The notes beneath the pieces are model-generated. The model was not told the origin of the DNA, searched no databases, and worked only from the letters and a program-made list of their open reading frames with translations. Positions 19,387 to 28,269 of a stretch of DNA of 64,000 nt are shown piece by piece (the first letter of the stretch is position 1; every line of letters starts with the position of its first letter). The stretch spans positions 140,905-204,904 of the IMG/VR virus record IMGVR_UViG_3300042391_001376; one strand, written 5' to 3'. The position numbers were made by a program, and so were the translations under genes.

Positions 19387-19914
19387 ATGACTCTTCTCAT
19401 CACTAAGGTTGGTGCACCTACAACGCACACACATAACTTGAAGGACGGCTCAGGCTCGTTCAGCAAGACCGAAATTCCTGTAACCCTACAGGCTAAGTTC
19501 GGTGAGGAAGCAGGCTTTCAGATTGGTGTGAACTACACTGTCTGGATGGACGCTGCTCGTGCAAGCAAAGTCGTCGCGATTGCTCAGGCATTCATTGATG
19601 GCACAGCCACTGACAGTAACGGTGAACTGTATCACCCAAGTTGCCGTCTTGCTGTACTCAACGACAGCGAGTGCTTTACTGCGGGCGAACTGCGGACGAA
19701 AGACTTGACCAACAAGTTTGGTGGCACATACACTGTGACCAACCAGACCATTTGGTTGAAGGACGACACGGCTTTGACTTATGACATTGCCGAGTTGGCT
19801 GTTTCCCCTCAGCGTGGCAATATCGATGACCTCGATATCCTCGTTGACTTCCGTGGTGCTGGTTTGGTTGCGCCAGTTGTTACATCCACTGCTACTGCTG
19901 AAGTGCCTTTCTGA
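19387..19914 (+). CDS. hypothetical protein ending in ATAEVPF (SSB-tail-like)
   Basis: ATG after GAAAGGGG; codon usage typical of high expression; followed by a terminator. Confidence 0.75.
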   Translation: MTLLITKVGAPTTHTHNLKDGSGSFSKTEIPVTLQAKFGEEAGFQIGVNYTVWMDAARASKVVAIAQAFIDGTATDSNGELYHPSCRLAVLNDSECFTAGELRTKDLTNKFGGTYTVTNQTIWLKDDTALTYDIAELAVSPQRGNIDDLDILVDFRGAGLVAPVVTSTATAEVPF

Positions 19915-19935
19915 CACTTTAGTTTTAGCCCGTTT

Positions 19936-19990
19936 TGTCAGTCAGGTCGGTATGCCCCCCCGCATATCGGCTTGACTGACATTTTTTTTT
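19936..19990 (+). terminator. intrinsic terminator
   Basis: 20-bp stem TGTCAGTCAGGTCGGTATGC/GCATATCGGCTTGACTGACA plus T9. Confidence 0.9.
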
Positions 19991-20036
19991 GCAACTAGTT
20001 CCCTAATCTTTTTTTTGTTCCTAGTGTCCTAATCCT

Positions 20037-20050
20037 TAGGAATAAGTCGG
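20037..20050 (+). promoter_or_regulatory. TAGGAATAAGTCGG motif copy 2
   Basis: intergenic, just after a terminator and before an RBS. Confidence 0.6.
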
Positions 20051-20250
20051 AGAAAAGGAGAATAGCATGAGTGAACCTTACATTTGCGGAACAGCAGCAC
20101 CTGATCCTTGCGAATTTGAAAGCGTAGAGCATCATGACGCTACTTGTCAAGAATGTCTATCTTGGTTTCCAACATGGACAGCGGCTCAACAAGCAGCTAA
20201 AGCAGCAAGAGATCTGTGTAAATAATCATAGGACACATATAAAAGCCTAT

Positions 20251-20402
20251 GTACTGGTAGCCTGTAAACCAATGGATGTCGAATCAGGCTGAGTAGTCAA
20301 CACTTATATATACATACGGTCGTTCTACCGATGTAAAGTTGATAATGAACAGTCGAGTTACAGCGACTTTTAAACATTTAGGGTAACCTAGGCCACTGGT
20401 AC
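20251..20402 (+). ncRNA. candidate multibranch structured RNA, possibly related to copies A/B
   Basis: closing stem GTACTGGT/ACTGGTAC; AGCCTG/CAGGCT; stem-TAAA-ATGAAC-stem-TAAAC. Confidence 0.4.
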
Positions 20403-20490
20403 AAGGGCGACATTATTGTACTGTCTGACATATGCAGGAATAGCGTTGTATCAATATGTTATATTATTCATCTCAATTGAAAGGATTGTT

Positions 20491-20769
20491 ATGGGAATTC
20501 AAGATGACTCATTTGATGTTAATCTTATTGCGACCAAAGAAGGTCTAATAAAGATTAGCCAGATGACTTTGCTAGAAACGGTCAAGGAAATGAACCGCCG
20601 TACAGACTCATTGCTTGAGATCTGTGAATCACACCAAATACTTATTGAGCAGTTGTCCGATAAAGTTATTTCTTTACAGGACGCACTTGATAATCTCAAG
20701 CCTTGCCAATGCTGTGGAAACAACCCATGCCTCGAATCACTCGATGCAACTAAACATGGAGACTACTAA
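20491..20769 (+). CDS. hypothetical coiled-coil protein
   Basis: AAGGA RBS before the ATG at 20491. Confidence 0.6.
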   Translation: MGIQDDSFDVNLIATKEGLIKISQMTLLETVKEMNRRTDSLLEICESHQILIEQLSDKVISLQDALDNLKPCQCCGNNPCLESLDATKHGDY

Positions 20770-21011
20770 TGGATCTCATCTTACCTTTAGGCATTCTAAT
20801 CCTCATATCAGCAGTCTTCGTTCGCGGGATTGTGCGATATGTTGCCGGCAACCCATGGAAGTTACATCGTTGCATGAACCACCAGTTCTACTTTGAAGAA
20901 ATAGATTGTCGTGGAATATATTGTGGCGTATGTCACAAGGACATAGACATTGAGTATTATTCTAAAGGAATAAGTCGGGAGGGAATAACCCATGAAAATA
21001 CAAATGATTGA
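20769..21011 (+). CDS. membrane-anchored hypothetical protein
   Basis: hydrophobic N-terminus, CxxH/CxxC. Confidence 0.6.
   Translation: MDLILPLGILILISAVFVRGIVRYVAGNPWKLHRCMNHQFYFEEIDCRGIYCGVCHKDIDIEYYSKGISREGITHENTND
20966..20978 (+). promoter_or_regulatory. AGGAATAAGTCGG motif copy 3
   Basis: exact core repeat. Confidence 0.55.
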
Positions 21012-21179
21012 TGACATACCACGCAAAGGTTTGTGTGCCATATGTCACAAGACCAAACTCACAGTAACAGTATCAATCAAATCCAAAGGAAGTCCTATAA
21101 TCACCACTGAAGATTGGTGCTTAGAAGATTTCCACACACTACAAGATAAAACACTCACACTACACTGAAAGGTAGAACC

Positions 21180-21473
21180 ATGATATCAAAATATGAAACA
21201 AAAGATGAAAACTGGGAATCCTATGGTTTTCTTAATGTACTAACCGAATATCACACACGCCCTCAAGGTATGATCAGTTCAATGCGAGCTGAAAAATACA
21301 ACGATGGTAATGTTCATATTGAATTCAACATTCAAAGCCCAAGTGGTACACCAGATTCATCTGACTTCCTAACCTACACTATGCTAGAAATCAATTCATT
21401 TGAACGCGCTAAAGCTATTGTAGATATGTATGCAACCATGTTAGACTCTTACATTCTAAAGATGTCAGCATGA
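21180..21473 (+). CDS. hypothetical protein
   Basis: 97 aa, AAGG RBS. Confidence 0.65.
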   Translation: MISKYETKDENWESYGFLNVLTEYHTRPQGMISSMRAEKYNDGNVHIEFNIQSPSGTPDSSDFLTYTMLEINSFERAKAIVDMYATMLDSYILKMSA

Positions 21474-21668
21474 AAACATTCGGACTAATCTCAATATCAT
21501 TTGCTGCGGGTAGCATCTCAATGATGATGTGGATTCGCAAAATATTCAATAAAACAATGAAAGGAACCTTGTGAAAAAACTTGCAATCATCACTACAACA
21601 ATAGCATTCGTTATTGCCGGCTTAGCATTATACATCAAAAAGATGACATTGTTCAAAGGAGAATAAAC

Positions 21669-21902
21669 ATGAAGCATAAAATACTACTAACATTTGCAAT
21701 TCTTACTTTAGCTATTCCAGTTTCTACTGCAAACGCTAAAGGTGGAGGAAGTCATTGTGTAAAAATATTTAATCAATCAACTAAAATTTGGGGCTGGAAT
21801 TGTGAAGGTAAACCTAAATTCTTTATATGTGGTAAAGCCTACAGATGCATGTCATTACCACCAGGAACTAAAATTTACGCTACAGGCCAAATTTACCCTT
21901 AA
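21669..21902 (+). CDS. small secreted Cys-containing protein
   Basis: signal peptide ending ANA, AAGGAG RBS. Confidence 0.65.
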   Translation: MKHKILLTFAILTLAIPVSTANAKGGGSHCVKIFNQSTKIWGWNCEGKPKFFICGKAYRCMSLPPGTKIYATGQIYP

Positions 21903-21915
21903 AAGGAGAATAAGC

Positions 21916-22182
21916 ATGAACTATAAGAAACTATTCTGGGGCTACATGGCATTTAGTGCTATCACTGGCTTCTTTATTGGCATTGTGCGCGGCATTGAGC
22001 AAGAAAAGATCAAGCGTCGCTTACGCAATAACCCATTGTCTGCCAGTAAAGCATTTCAAGAAGTGTACGGACACTACAACAATGATGACCTAGACTTTCC
22101 TGAATGGGTCAACACTGATGAAGACGCTAGATTCAATAGCATTGTAGGCCGTCTAAACCATCCAACGAACCGACAGAAGTAG
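21916..22182 (+). CDS. membrane-anchored hypothetical protein
   Basis: AAGGAG RBS, N-terminal TM helix. Confidence 0.65.
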   Translation: MNYKKLFWGYMAFSAITGFFIGIVRGIEQEKIKRRLRNNPLSASKAFQEVYGHYNNDDLDFPEWVNTDEDARFNSIVGRLNHPTNRQK

Positions 22183-22193
22183 GAATAAGTCGG
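22180..22193 (+). promoter_or_regulatory. TAGGAATAAGTCGG motif copy 4
   Basis: exact repeat at a gene end. Confidence 0.6.
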
Positions 22194-22287
22194 GATATTT
22201 TCGGAGGGGGGTGACCGTTGTTTGATTGGCTATTCGATATTATCCAAGATATATTAGATTCAATATTCAACTAAGGAGAAAAACATT

Positions 22288-22467
22288 ATGTTAGGTAAAT
22301 TTCTAGGCAAAGTTACTGGCAAATCAGTGGAAGTAGTTACTGCTACGCCAGATTTTCTAAAGACGAACACTAAAGCGACTATGGAAGCACTCAAGAGTGC
22401 AAAAGATGGATTCGTAACTGATTTCAAGGCTGAATACAACAAGCCTGAAGTAACTAACGAGGACTAA
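22288..22467 (+). CDS. small hypothetical protein (59 aa)
   Basis: AAGGAG RBS, manually translated MLGKFLGKVTG... Confidence 0.6.
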   Translation: MLGKFLGKVTGKSVEVVTATPDFLKTNTKATMEALKSAKDGFVTDFKAEYNKPEVTNED

Positions 22468-22546
22468 TACAAAGATTTGGGCTAGTCCCAAAATAAGCAA
22501 TAAACACATATCATATCCACATAATAAACACATAAGGAATAAACAC

Positions 22547-23590
22547 ATGTCATTACTCGAAAAATTCGGTTACAAGAAAGACGAGTTCGCAATCGCTTTG
22601 GAAAACCCAGAGTTGTTTGCATCAAACTCAACTACCACTAAAATTACTGTTGGTACACCAGCCAAGATTGCTGGTTCTATCAATGGCGTTGCTGTTCCAA
22701 CCACCATTCTAGTAAAGAATGCTAACTGGAGCCGTCTCACCGTGCGTGACCATGTTATCCGTCGTCAGGACGCAGAGCCACGCATCAGCCAAGTATTCGG
22801 TGGTGTATTCAATAACTTCCAAGCAGACATCACGCTTGAAGTTGATGGTACTGAAATGTCATTGTATGAACTCATGAAGCAGTTCTGCATCGAATCGTTC
22901 GGTACATCCCTTACAGATGACCAAGTAAACAAGATGTTGGAGAGCAACCTTTCGCTCAACGGCATTCGTAACGGTGGCCCTCTGATGTTCCAGCAAATGG
23001 GTGCAAATCCTGCTGGTATCGCACACGCAGTAGAAGCGTTCCGTACAGCTGGAGCAATTGACGATATGAAGTCTGTTGCATCAAGCAAATCATTCAATAC
23101 AGCTTATAAGATTCCTGGCGATGGTGCTGGTCTTGAAGTTGTATCGTTTGAACTTGGTACATCTGACCGTTCACTCTCAAAGACAGGACAAGGCTTCATT
23201 GACATCGTCAGTGCAGTGACTGAGAACTTTGAGCGTGTAAAGAATCACAAGTCTGTTGCTAAAGTATTGCAGGACAAGTTGAACGCAAGCATCGGTTCAA
23301 TGAGCCAAGAAGCAATCAAGAAAGCACAGGCAGAAATCAAGATTGAACTTGACATGGCTAAAGACTATGCTAACTGCTGGTCTGGTGCTGCTCGTCAAAC
23401 CAAGATTGACAATGGTCGCAAGATCGTTGAGAACAAGTACAATGCAGTAAACGCCCCATGTGGTCGTTGGTCTGCAGTAGTTGCTGGTCAAACCATCGAC
23501 TTTGATGTATGGTCAAACTCGACAAAAGCACCAGTACAAACCGCAGAACAGCAGATCAGCGATATCGCAACCGCTGAGGTACCGTTCTAA
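22547..23590 (+). CDS. hypothetical protein ending in ATAEVPF (SSB-tail-like)
   Basis: 347 aa, AAGGA RBS, followed by a hairpin. Confidence 0.8.
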   Translation: MSLLEKFGYKKDEFAIALENPELFASNSTTTKITVGTPAKIAGSINGVAVPTTILVKNANWSRLTVRDHVIRRQDAEPRISQVFGGVFNNFQADITLEVDGTEMSLYELMKQFCIESFGTSLTDDQVNKMLESNLSLNGIRNGGPLMFQQMGANPAGIAHAVEAFRTAGAIDDMKSVASSKSFNTAYKIPGDGAGLEVVSFELGTSDRSLSKTGQGFIDIVSAVTENFERVKNHKSVAKVLQDKLNASIGSMSQEAIKKAQAEIKIELDMAKDYANCWSGAARQTKIDNGRKIVENKYNAVNAPCGRWSAVVAGQTIDFDVWSNSTKAPVQTAEQQISDIATAEVPF

Positions 23591-23602
23591 GGTTATCTAA
23601 AT

Positions 23603-23652
23603 TTGGTGGGGTTGGCCTGACTGATCGCGGGTCAACCCTACTAATAAACTTT
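23603..23652 (+). terminator. probable terminator or stabilising hairpin
   Basis: TTGGTGGGGTTGGCCTG/CGGGTCAACCCTACTAA stem. Confidence 0.6.
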
Positions 23653-23760
23653 TAGTGGGTAGTAAGTGTGCACATTCCCGATGAATGCTGCGAACCAACC
23701 ATTTGCTACCCACTATTTAAGTATAATAAAAAAAATTTTATTAACTCAAAAAGGATTAAC

Positions 23761-24024
23761 ATGAGCACCCCACTTGAAATGCTAAATATCCAGCGTTGGA
23801 TGAAGGACGCCGCATGCAAAGGAAACACTGAAGGTGACTGGTTCCCAGAACAACCAGGCAGGACCCCAGCTATCAAAATAGCAATAGACATCTGTAAGCA
23901 ATGCGCGGTAAAACAAGAATGCTATGATTATGCTATAAACCGCCCAGAACTACAAGGCATCTGGGGTGGAGTAACAGCACGCAAACGTGGGAACCTACGA
24001 TCCAAAGGAAAGAAAAGTGAATGA
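23761..24024 (+). CDS. whiB: WhiB-family Fe-S transcription factor
   Basis: W...AACKG...WFP...CxxCxVxxxC...GIWGG. Confidence 0.92.
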   Translation: MSTPLEMLNIQRWMKDAACKGNTEGDWFPEQPGRTPAIKIAIDICKQCAVKQECYDYAINRPELQGIWGGVTARKRGNLRSKGKKSE

Positions 24025-24394
24025 ATACCCAACAAATTATCCTAAGCATGGCTTTCACATGTGTCATGGGTGCGGGTCTATGGCTCCGCATCATACTCAA
24101 GAAAACTTTCCAGATAATGGATGGGCATTTAATCTCAATCACTTCGGATACTATGCCGGCTTCACAGATCCAATCGGAGAACCAGAACAACTAGTCAGAC
24201 TATGTCACGACTGCGTAATAAAGTTCCTAGACGCCTTCCCACTACTCAGTGTACTAGTAGGCAAAGGATGCCACAGCCAATCAGGCCCCAATGAAAAACC
24301 ATGCTGTCAATATGCATGGAAAGCAGAATGGATAGGCAACAGTGCCATAACCTATTTAGCTTCAGAAGATGGCCAACAATGGATCATCCAATAA
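24017..24394 (+). CDS. Cys/His-rich hypothetical protein
   Basis: GTG start after AAGGA; CHGC, GYYAGFTD, LCHDC. Confidence 0.65.
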   Translation: MNEYPTNYPKHGFHMCHGCGSMAPHHTQENFPDNGWAFNLNHFGYYAGFTDPIGEPEQLVRLCHDCVIKFLDAFPLLSVLVGKGCHSQSGPNEKPCCQYAWKAEWIGNSAITYLASEDGQQWIIQ

Positions 24395-24556
24395 CACTCT
24401 CTATTACTCCCTATATAACAATACTACTCCCCAAACCTTTTTTCTTGGGGGGCCGAGCGAAGCGAGGCCTCCCTTACCCTAGTAGACTTCCGCAAGGAAG
24501 CTCATAAAAAAATTCGAGGTAGTCCTCAGACCGCCGAGAAAAAAAGAGTACAGATG

Positions 24557-24586
24557 TTGCAAGTGAGTACACGAGACTGCTATACT
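24557..24586 (+). promoter_or_regulatory. sigma-70-type promoter with extended -10
   Basis: TTGCAA-N18-TATACT with TG. Confidence 0.65.
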
Positions 24587-24623
24587 GATATCCTAGGAAA
24601 TAAACACTAAAAGGAGATTATGT

Positions 24624-24839
24624 ATGCCTCGGCAGCATCAATCTAAAGCTGTTCGGAAAGTTCTTGCAGAACTAACCAGACTAGGCTTTAACGTTGAACA
24701 AAAGAAATCAGGTGTCTATCGGATCACTCCACCCCCAGGGGTAGATGGTCCACTGTATACGACACATGGCACGGAATCAGCATTGCATCCGATGCGCCGT
24801 GACTTTAAAAAATATTATAACATAGATATCAACGTTTAA
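24624..24839 (+). CDS. HicA-like small RNA-binding/toxin-fold protein
   Basis: helix-GF-strand-KKSG-strand...T.HGT pattern; family is inference. Confidence 0.5.
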   Translation: MPRQHQSKAVRKVLAELTRLGFNVEQKKSGVYRITPPPGVDGPLYTTHGTESALHPMRRDFKKYYNIDINV

Positions 24840-25186
24840 AGTGTTTGCTTCCATGGGAGAGCTCATCTCGTATCTCTACTAGGTGGTGGTAGCTATACTT
24901 GGGTGGGTGGGCTCTCCCGCCCCCCTACACTATAAGTATTAAATTAAGTTTAATAATAAGATTAAGCTTACACTACCTCTACCACACACACACAAAACCT
25001 AGACCCAACCCAACAAAAATGTTAGACAAACCAATAAATGGAACCCTCTCGCCCCAGCACCCATTATAACTTATATAACTCAGTATAAATCGATATAAAC
25101 ATATAGATACACATGTGTACACACATCTATTCCGTATACAGTACACTTGTGTACACAATAAAGAATTCTCCCTCTGAATTCTGATA

Positions 25187-25200
25187 TAGGAATAAGACAG
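25187..25200 (+). promoter_or_regulatory. TAGGAATAAGACAG motif copy 5
   Basis: variant of the repeated motif, intergenic. Confidence 0.45.
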
Positions 25201-25277
25201 ATCAACAATGCCTAGTCCGTATAGGATAGTATTAGAATAGTATTAGAATAAACAATGTATCGTGAAAGGATACTTAT

Positions 25278-25709
25278 ATGCTCTTTATGATGATGATATG
25301 GTTAGCTGTAGCTTCTACCGTAGTAGAAATGATGTTCGCGGCAAGGATCCCAGCCTGGCGTAAGAACGCACACAAATACAAATGGGTTAACATGGCACTA
25401 TCCTTACTCTTATCATTCGTCCTAGGTGTAATGTTCGGTGCAGCCGGACTAATCGCCTTAGGTGCAGCCATGATATCCACCGTCCTATCCATCCCAGGCT
25501 ATGCTATCCTACACTGGAATTATGATTCCAAGGAAGCACAAAAGCATGGTGGCAATATGACGCATTACCTTCGCGGCAAATGGATACAAGCATTCAAAGA
25601 CCTAGCAAAGGTTATTTACGGAATTATTAGAATAATCACATTCCCCATCTGGGCAACCAGAGCAGTAATAAATAAACTTAACTCAGTCAAACAACGTAGG
25701 ACGGCATAG
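25278..25709 (+). CDS. integral membrane protein
   Basis: several hydrophobic helices. Confidence 0.75.
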   Translation: MLFMMMIWLAVASTVVEMMFAARIPAWRKNAHKYKWVNMALSLLLSFVLGVMFGAAGLIALGAAMISTVLSIPGYAILHWNYDSKEAQKHGGNMTHYLRGKWIQAFKDLAKVIYGIIRIITFPIWATRAVINKLNSVKQRRTA

Positions 25710-25768
25710 ACATCCTGTCAGCGAAAGCAATATAACAAAAAATTACAAAAAAATTTCGCGCCGAACGG

Positions 25769-25841
25769 GCCTTGGTAGCTCAGGGGATAGAGCAACGGAC
25801 TTCTAATCCGCAGGTCGTAGGTTCAATTCCTACCCAAGGCG
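25769..25841 (+). tRNA. tRNA-Arg(TCT)
   Basis: GCCTTGG/CCAAGGC acceptor, CT-TCT-AA loop, GGTTCAATTCC. Confidence 0.95.
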
Positions 25842-25886
25842 CCCACTCAAAATCAAAGAAGTGACAACCAAAGCAAAGGACATGTA

Positions 25887-26252
25887 ATGGCCAAATACTC
25901 TATGACATGGGAAGACCACTACTTTATCTTCTACAAGATGAACCGCAACAGAACCATAACTTCTGTCGGTACACCAAAGGAAATAACCCTTTGTAATAAC
26001 AAATACAACGAAGCATTCTACGGCGTTCGAGCCGGCAAATACGGTATTTTTATACCGTCAGACGCAGAACGCTGGGGAGTCTTCAGTTTTATCAATAACA
26101 TATGGACACCACAATTTGGTGACCTTATACCTAAAGAATATGAACGCCAACTGTACACTCTGGACCAAGGACGCTTTGCGCTCCTCAGAAGAAGTACAGT
26201 GAATATTAATTTCTCAATAACCACCAAAACAAACACAAAGGCTAAATCATGA
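25887..26252 (+). CDS. hypothetical protein
   Basis: 121 aa, AAGGA RBS. Confidence 0.65.
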   Translation: MAKYSMTWEDHYFIFYKMNRNRTITSVGTPKEITLCNNKYNEAFYGVRAGKYGIFIPSDAERWGVFSFINNIWTPQFGDLIPKEYERQLYTLDQGRFALLRRSTVNINFSITTKTNTKAKS

Positions 26253-26893
26253 GTACCGTCCGAATCAACCTCCCAAATGACATCACTATTGAAGCAACAC
26301 CCGACCAAGCAGTTGCTATCCTAGCCAAGCTGTCTACCCCTAACGCAGAGACTGAAGATCAGCGTATTAACAGAATTAAAGCTCAGAATGCGGCAATTAA
26401 GCCTAAGCTTGAAGCCGAACTAAAAGAGCTTGAAGCCAAGATTGTCAAAGACAAGAAGGCTCCAGCTAATAAAACAATCATTGCTGACCTTCCAGTATCA
26501 TCACAAATCAGTCGTCCACAGCGTGAAGTATTGGACTCAATATTCTTCTACGCCCCAAGCAGAACAAAGTCTAAAGGCAAAGCAGCTTATGTGGCGGCCA
26601 TCTTAATGGATCGCGAAATACACAGCATGCAAGAGCTTAAGCGTCTTTCTAATGCGCCAACAAGCACCGTCACATTTGCTATACGCCGTCTACGCGAAGC
26701 TGGTAGCACCGTTGAAGTTAGCTCGCAAGTAATGAGTAAGAATACTTTAGTACAGCTTACTCGTCTTGCTAAACCTAAGTTTAAAGTTAACAGAACACTT
26801 ACGCGTACTAAAACAAAGACACAGAATTCCTCTGCGTCAGCAAAGAATTCACCAATCATAATCCCTAAAGGATTCACAGAACTAACCGTGTAA
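26249..26893 (+). CDS. basic protein with probable winged-helix domain
   Basis: HSMQELKRLS...TVTFAIRRLREAG. Confidence 0.6.
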   Translation: MSTVRINLPNDITIEATPDQAVAILAKLSTPNAETEDQRINRIKAQNAAIKPKLEAELKELEAKIVKDKKAPANKTIIADLPVSSQISRPQREVLDSIFFYAPSRTKSKGKAAYVAAILMDREIHSMQELKRLSNAPTSTVTFAIRRLREAGSTVEVSSQVMSKNTLVQLTRLAKPKFKVNRTLTRTKTKTQNSSASAKNSPIIIPKGFTELTV

Positions 26894-26906
26894 ACGGTTA
26901 ACAAGT

Positions 26907-27029
26907 TGTCAGTACTGGGCTATGTAATCAAGGTTGTTCATGGTCTGATTGCACAGGGTCCCTTTCAACTTAAACTTCCTGAGAGTTTAAGTCCGCTCCG
27001 CTTCCCCAGGCGTGAGCCCCAGTCTGGCA
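26907..27029 (+). ncRNA. candidate four-way-junction structured RNA
   Basis: closing TGTCAG.ACTGGG/CCCAGTCTGGCA with three internal hairpins. Confidence 0.45.
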
Positions 27030-27047
27030 TTTATTTAAAGGAATATT

Positions 27048-27509
27048 ATGACCATAACACAAACAGAAATACCAGCACATATAGAGCAATTACTTGATGT
27101 ACACAATACATTATGGGATGCTCTCTCAGACTCCTATGCCGGTTTAAAATTAGACTATAAAGGCAGTAAGTATGATATATATAAGCCAGAACATAATGGC
27201 TTTACATCTACTGTTCTATCTAATGACAACGGCAAAAACTTTTTGTGGATTACACAAAATTTAAACAAGTCATCTTACGGTTCATTCGAAATTAAAAGAG
27301 CTCGCTCTCAAGGAGACGATAAACGTATCACTTGGATAGTTGATAACAGCAATGATAAATTTTATTATTGCGCTCTTATTAAAACTTGTGTTTATTTTGA
27401 TGGCAAAAAAGATATTCTTGTCGAAAGATATATCAACGATAACACAGAAGTTGTTTATTGTACCAATCCAACTTATGCAAGTTACGTTACACACAAATCA
27501 AAATATTAA
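27048..27509 (+). CDS. hypothetical protein
   Basis: 153 aa, AAGGA RBS. Confidence 0.7.
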   Translation: MTITQTEIPAHIEQLLDVHNTLWDALSDSYAGLKLDYKGSKYDIYKPEHNGFTSTVLSNDNGKNFLWITQNLNKSSYGSFEIKRARSQGDDKRITWIVDNSNDKFYYCALIKTCVYFDGKKDILVERYINDNTEVVYCTNPTYASYVTHKSKY

Positions 27510-27584
27510 CTCAAAAATGTTGGACACCTTAATTTATACACCTTAGGTGTTCACGCATACATTATATATATATTTCTTGTAATG

Positions 27585-27613
27585 TTGCATTCTAATAAAT
27601 TAAGTGTTATACT
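27585..27613 (+). promoter_or_regulatory. sigma-70-type promoter with extended -10
   Basis: TTGCAT-N17-TATACT with TG. Confidence 0.65.
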
Positions 27614-27699
27614 ATATTTCTAGTAAAAATAAGATATTATTTATATACCTATATATACCTTTCATAACTCAAATTAACTCACATTAAGGACATATTATC

Positions 27700-27903
27700 A
27701 TGGCTAAGCCTTCAAAAACACCCCTCATTCAAGAATTCATTTCAATGAATAATGGAAAGACATTTTCCACAAAAGAGATGTGCAAAGAAATCGGAGTAAG
27801 TCTTCCTACTCTTCTTGCATTCATCAAAAACAATCCAGACACCTTTAGCTCAATGAGCTATGGCGTCTACAAGATCGAAGTAAACATACAGGCTACATAC
27901 TAA
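27700..27903 (+). CDS. small HTH DNA-binding protein
   Basis: FSTKEMCKEIGVSLPTL. Confidence 0.7.
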   Translation: MAKPSKTPLIQEFISMNNGKTFSTKEMCKEIGVSLPTLLAFIKNNPDTFSSMSYGVYKIEVNIQATY

Positions 27904-28040
27904 AACATATATACAAATAAAGAATGAAACTTAACTTTTATTCTTTATACAGGTACTATTCATCTATCGTTAATAAACGATAGCGCAGGTAAGTTAACAC
28001 TTACCCATCCCCTAAACAAGGATATGTATTGAATAGATAC

Positions 28041-28069
28041 TTGTTACACCACCATATATGTGATAGAAT
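28041..28069 (+). promoter_or_regulatory. sigma-70-type promoter
   Basis: TTGTTA-N17-TAGAAT with TG. Confidence 0.55.
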
Positions 28070-28075
28070 AATACC

Positions 28076-28171
28076 AATGCCCGTAACCAGCGGGCAGGGG
28101 AATAATCCCTAACGTAACAGAGAAATACTGTGAAGTCGGAGATGGCTAACCTTGCCACTGTGACGGGCATT
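28076..28171 (+). ncRNA. candidate structured leader/sRNA upstream of the lytic transglycosylase
   Basis: long closing stem AATGCCCGT...ACGGGCATT with internal hairpins, starting at the predicted TSS. Confidence 0.5.
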
Positions 28172-28269
28172 TCGTATATGTCCGCACATCTTCGGTTTCG
28201 CAACCTGCGCCGTACTAATGGTTTCCATTTCGGAAATCAGACAAAGACGAAAAGGAGCGAACACGGAAT

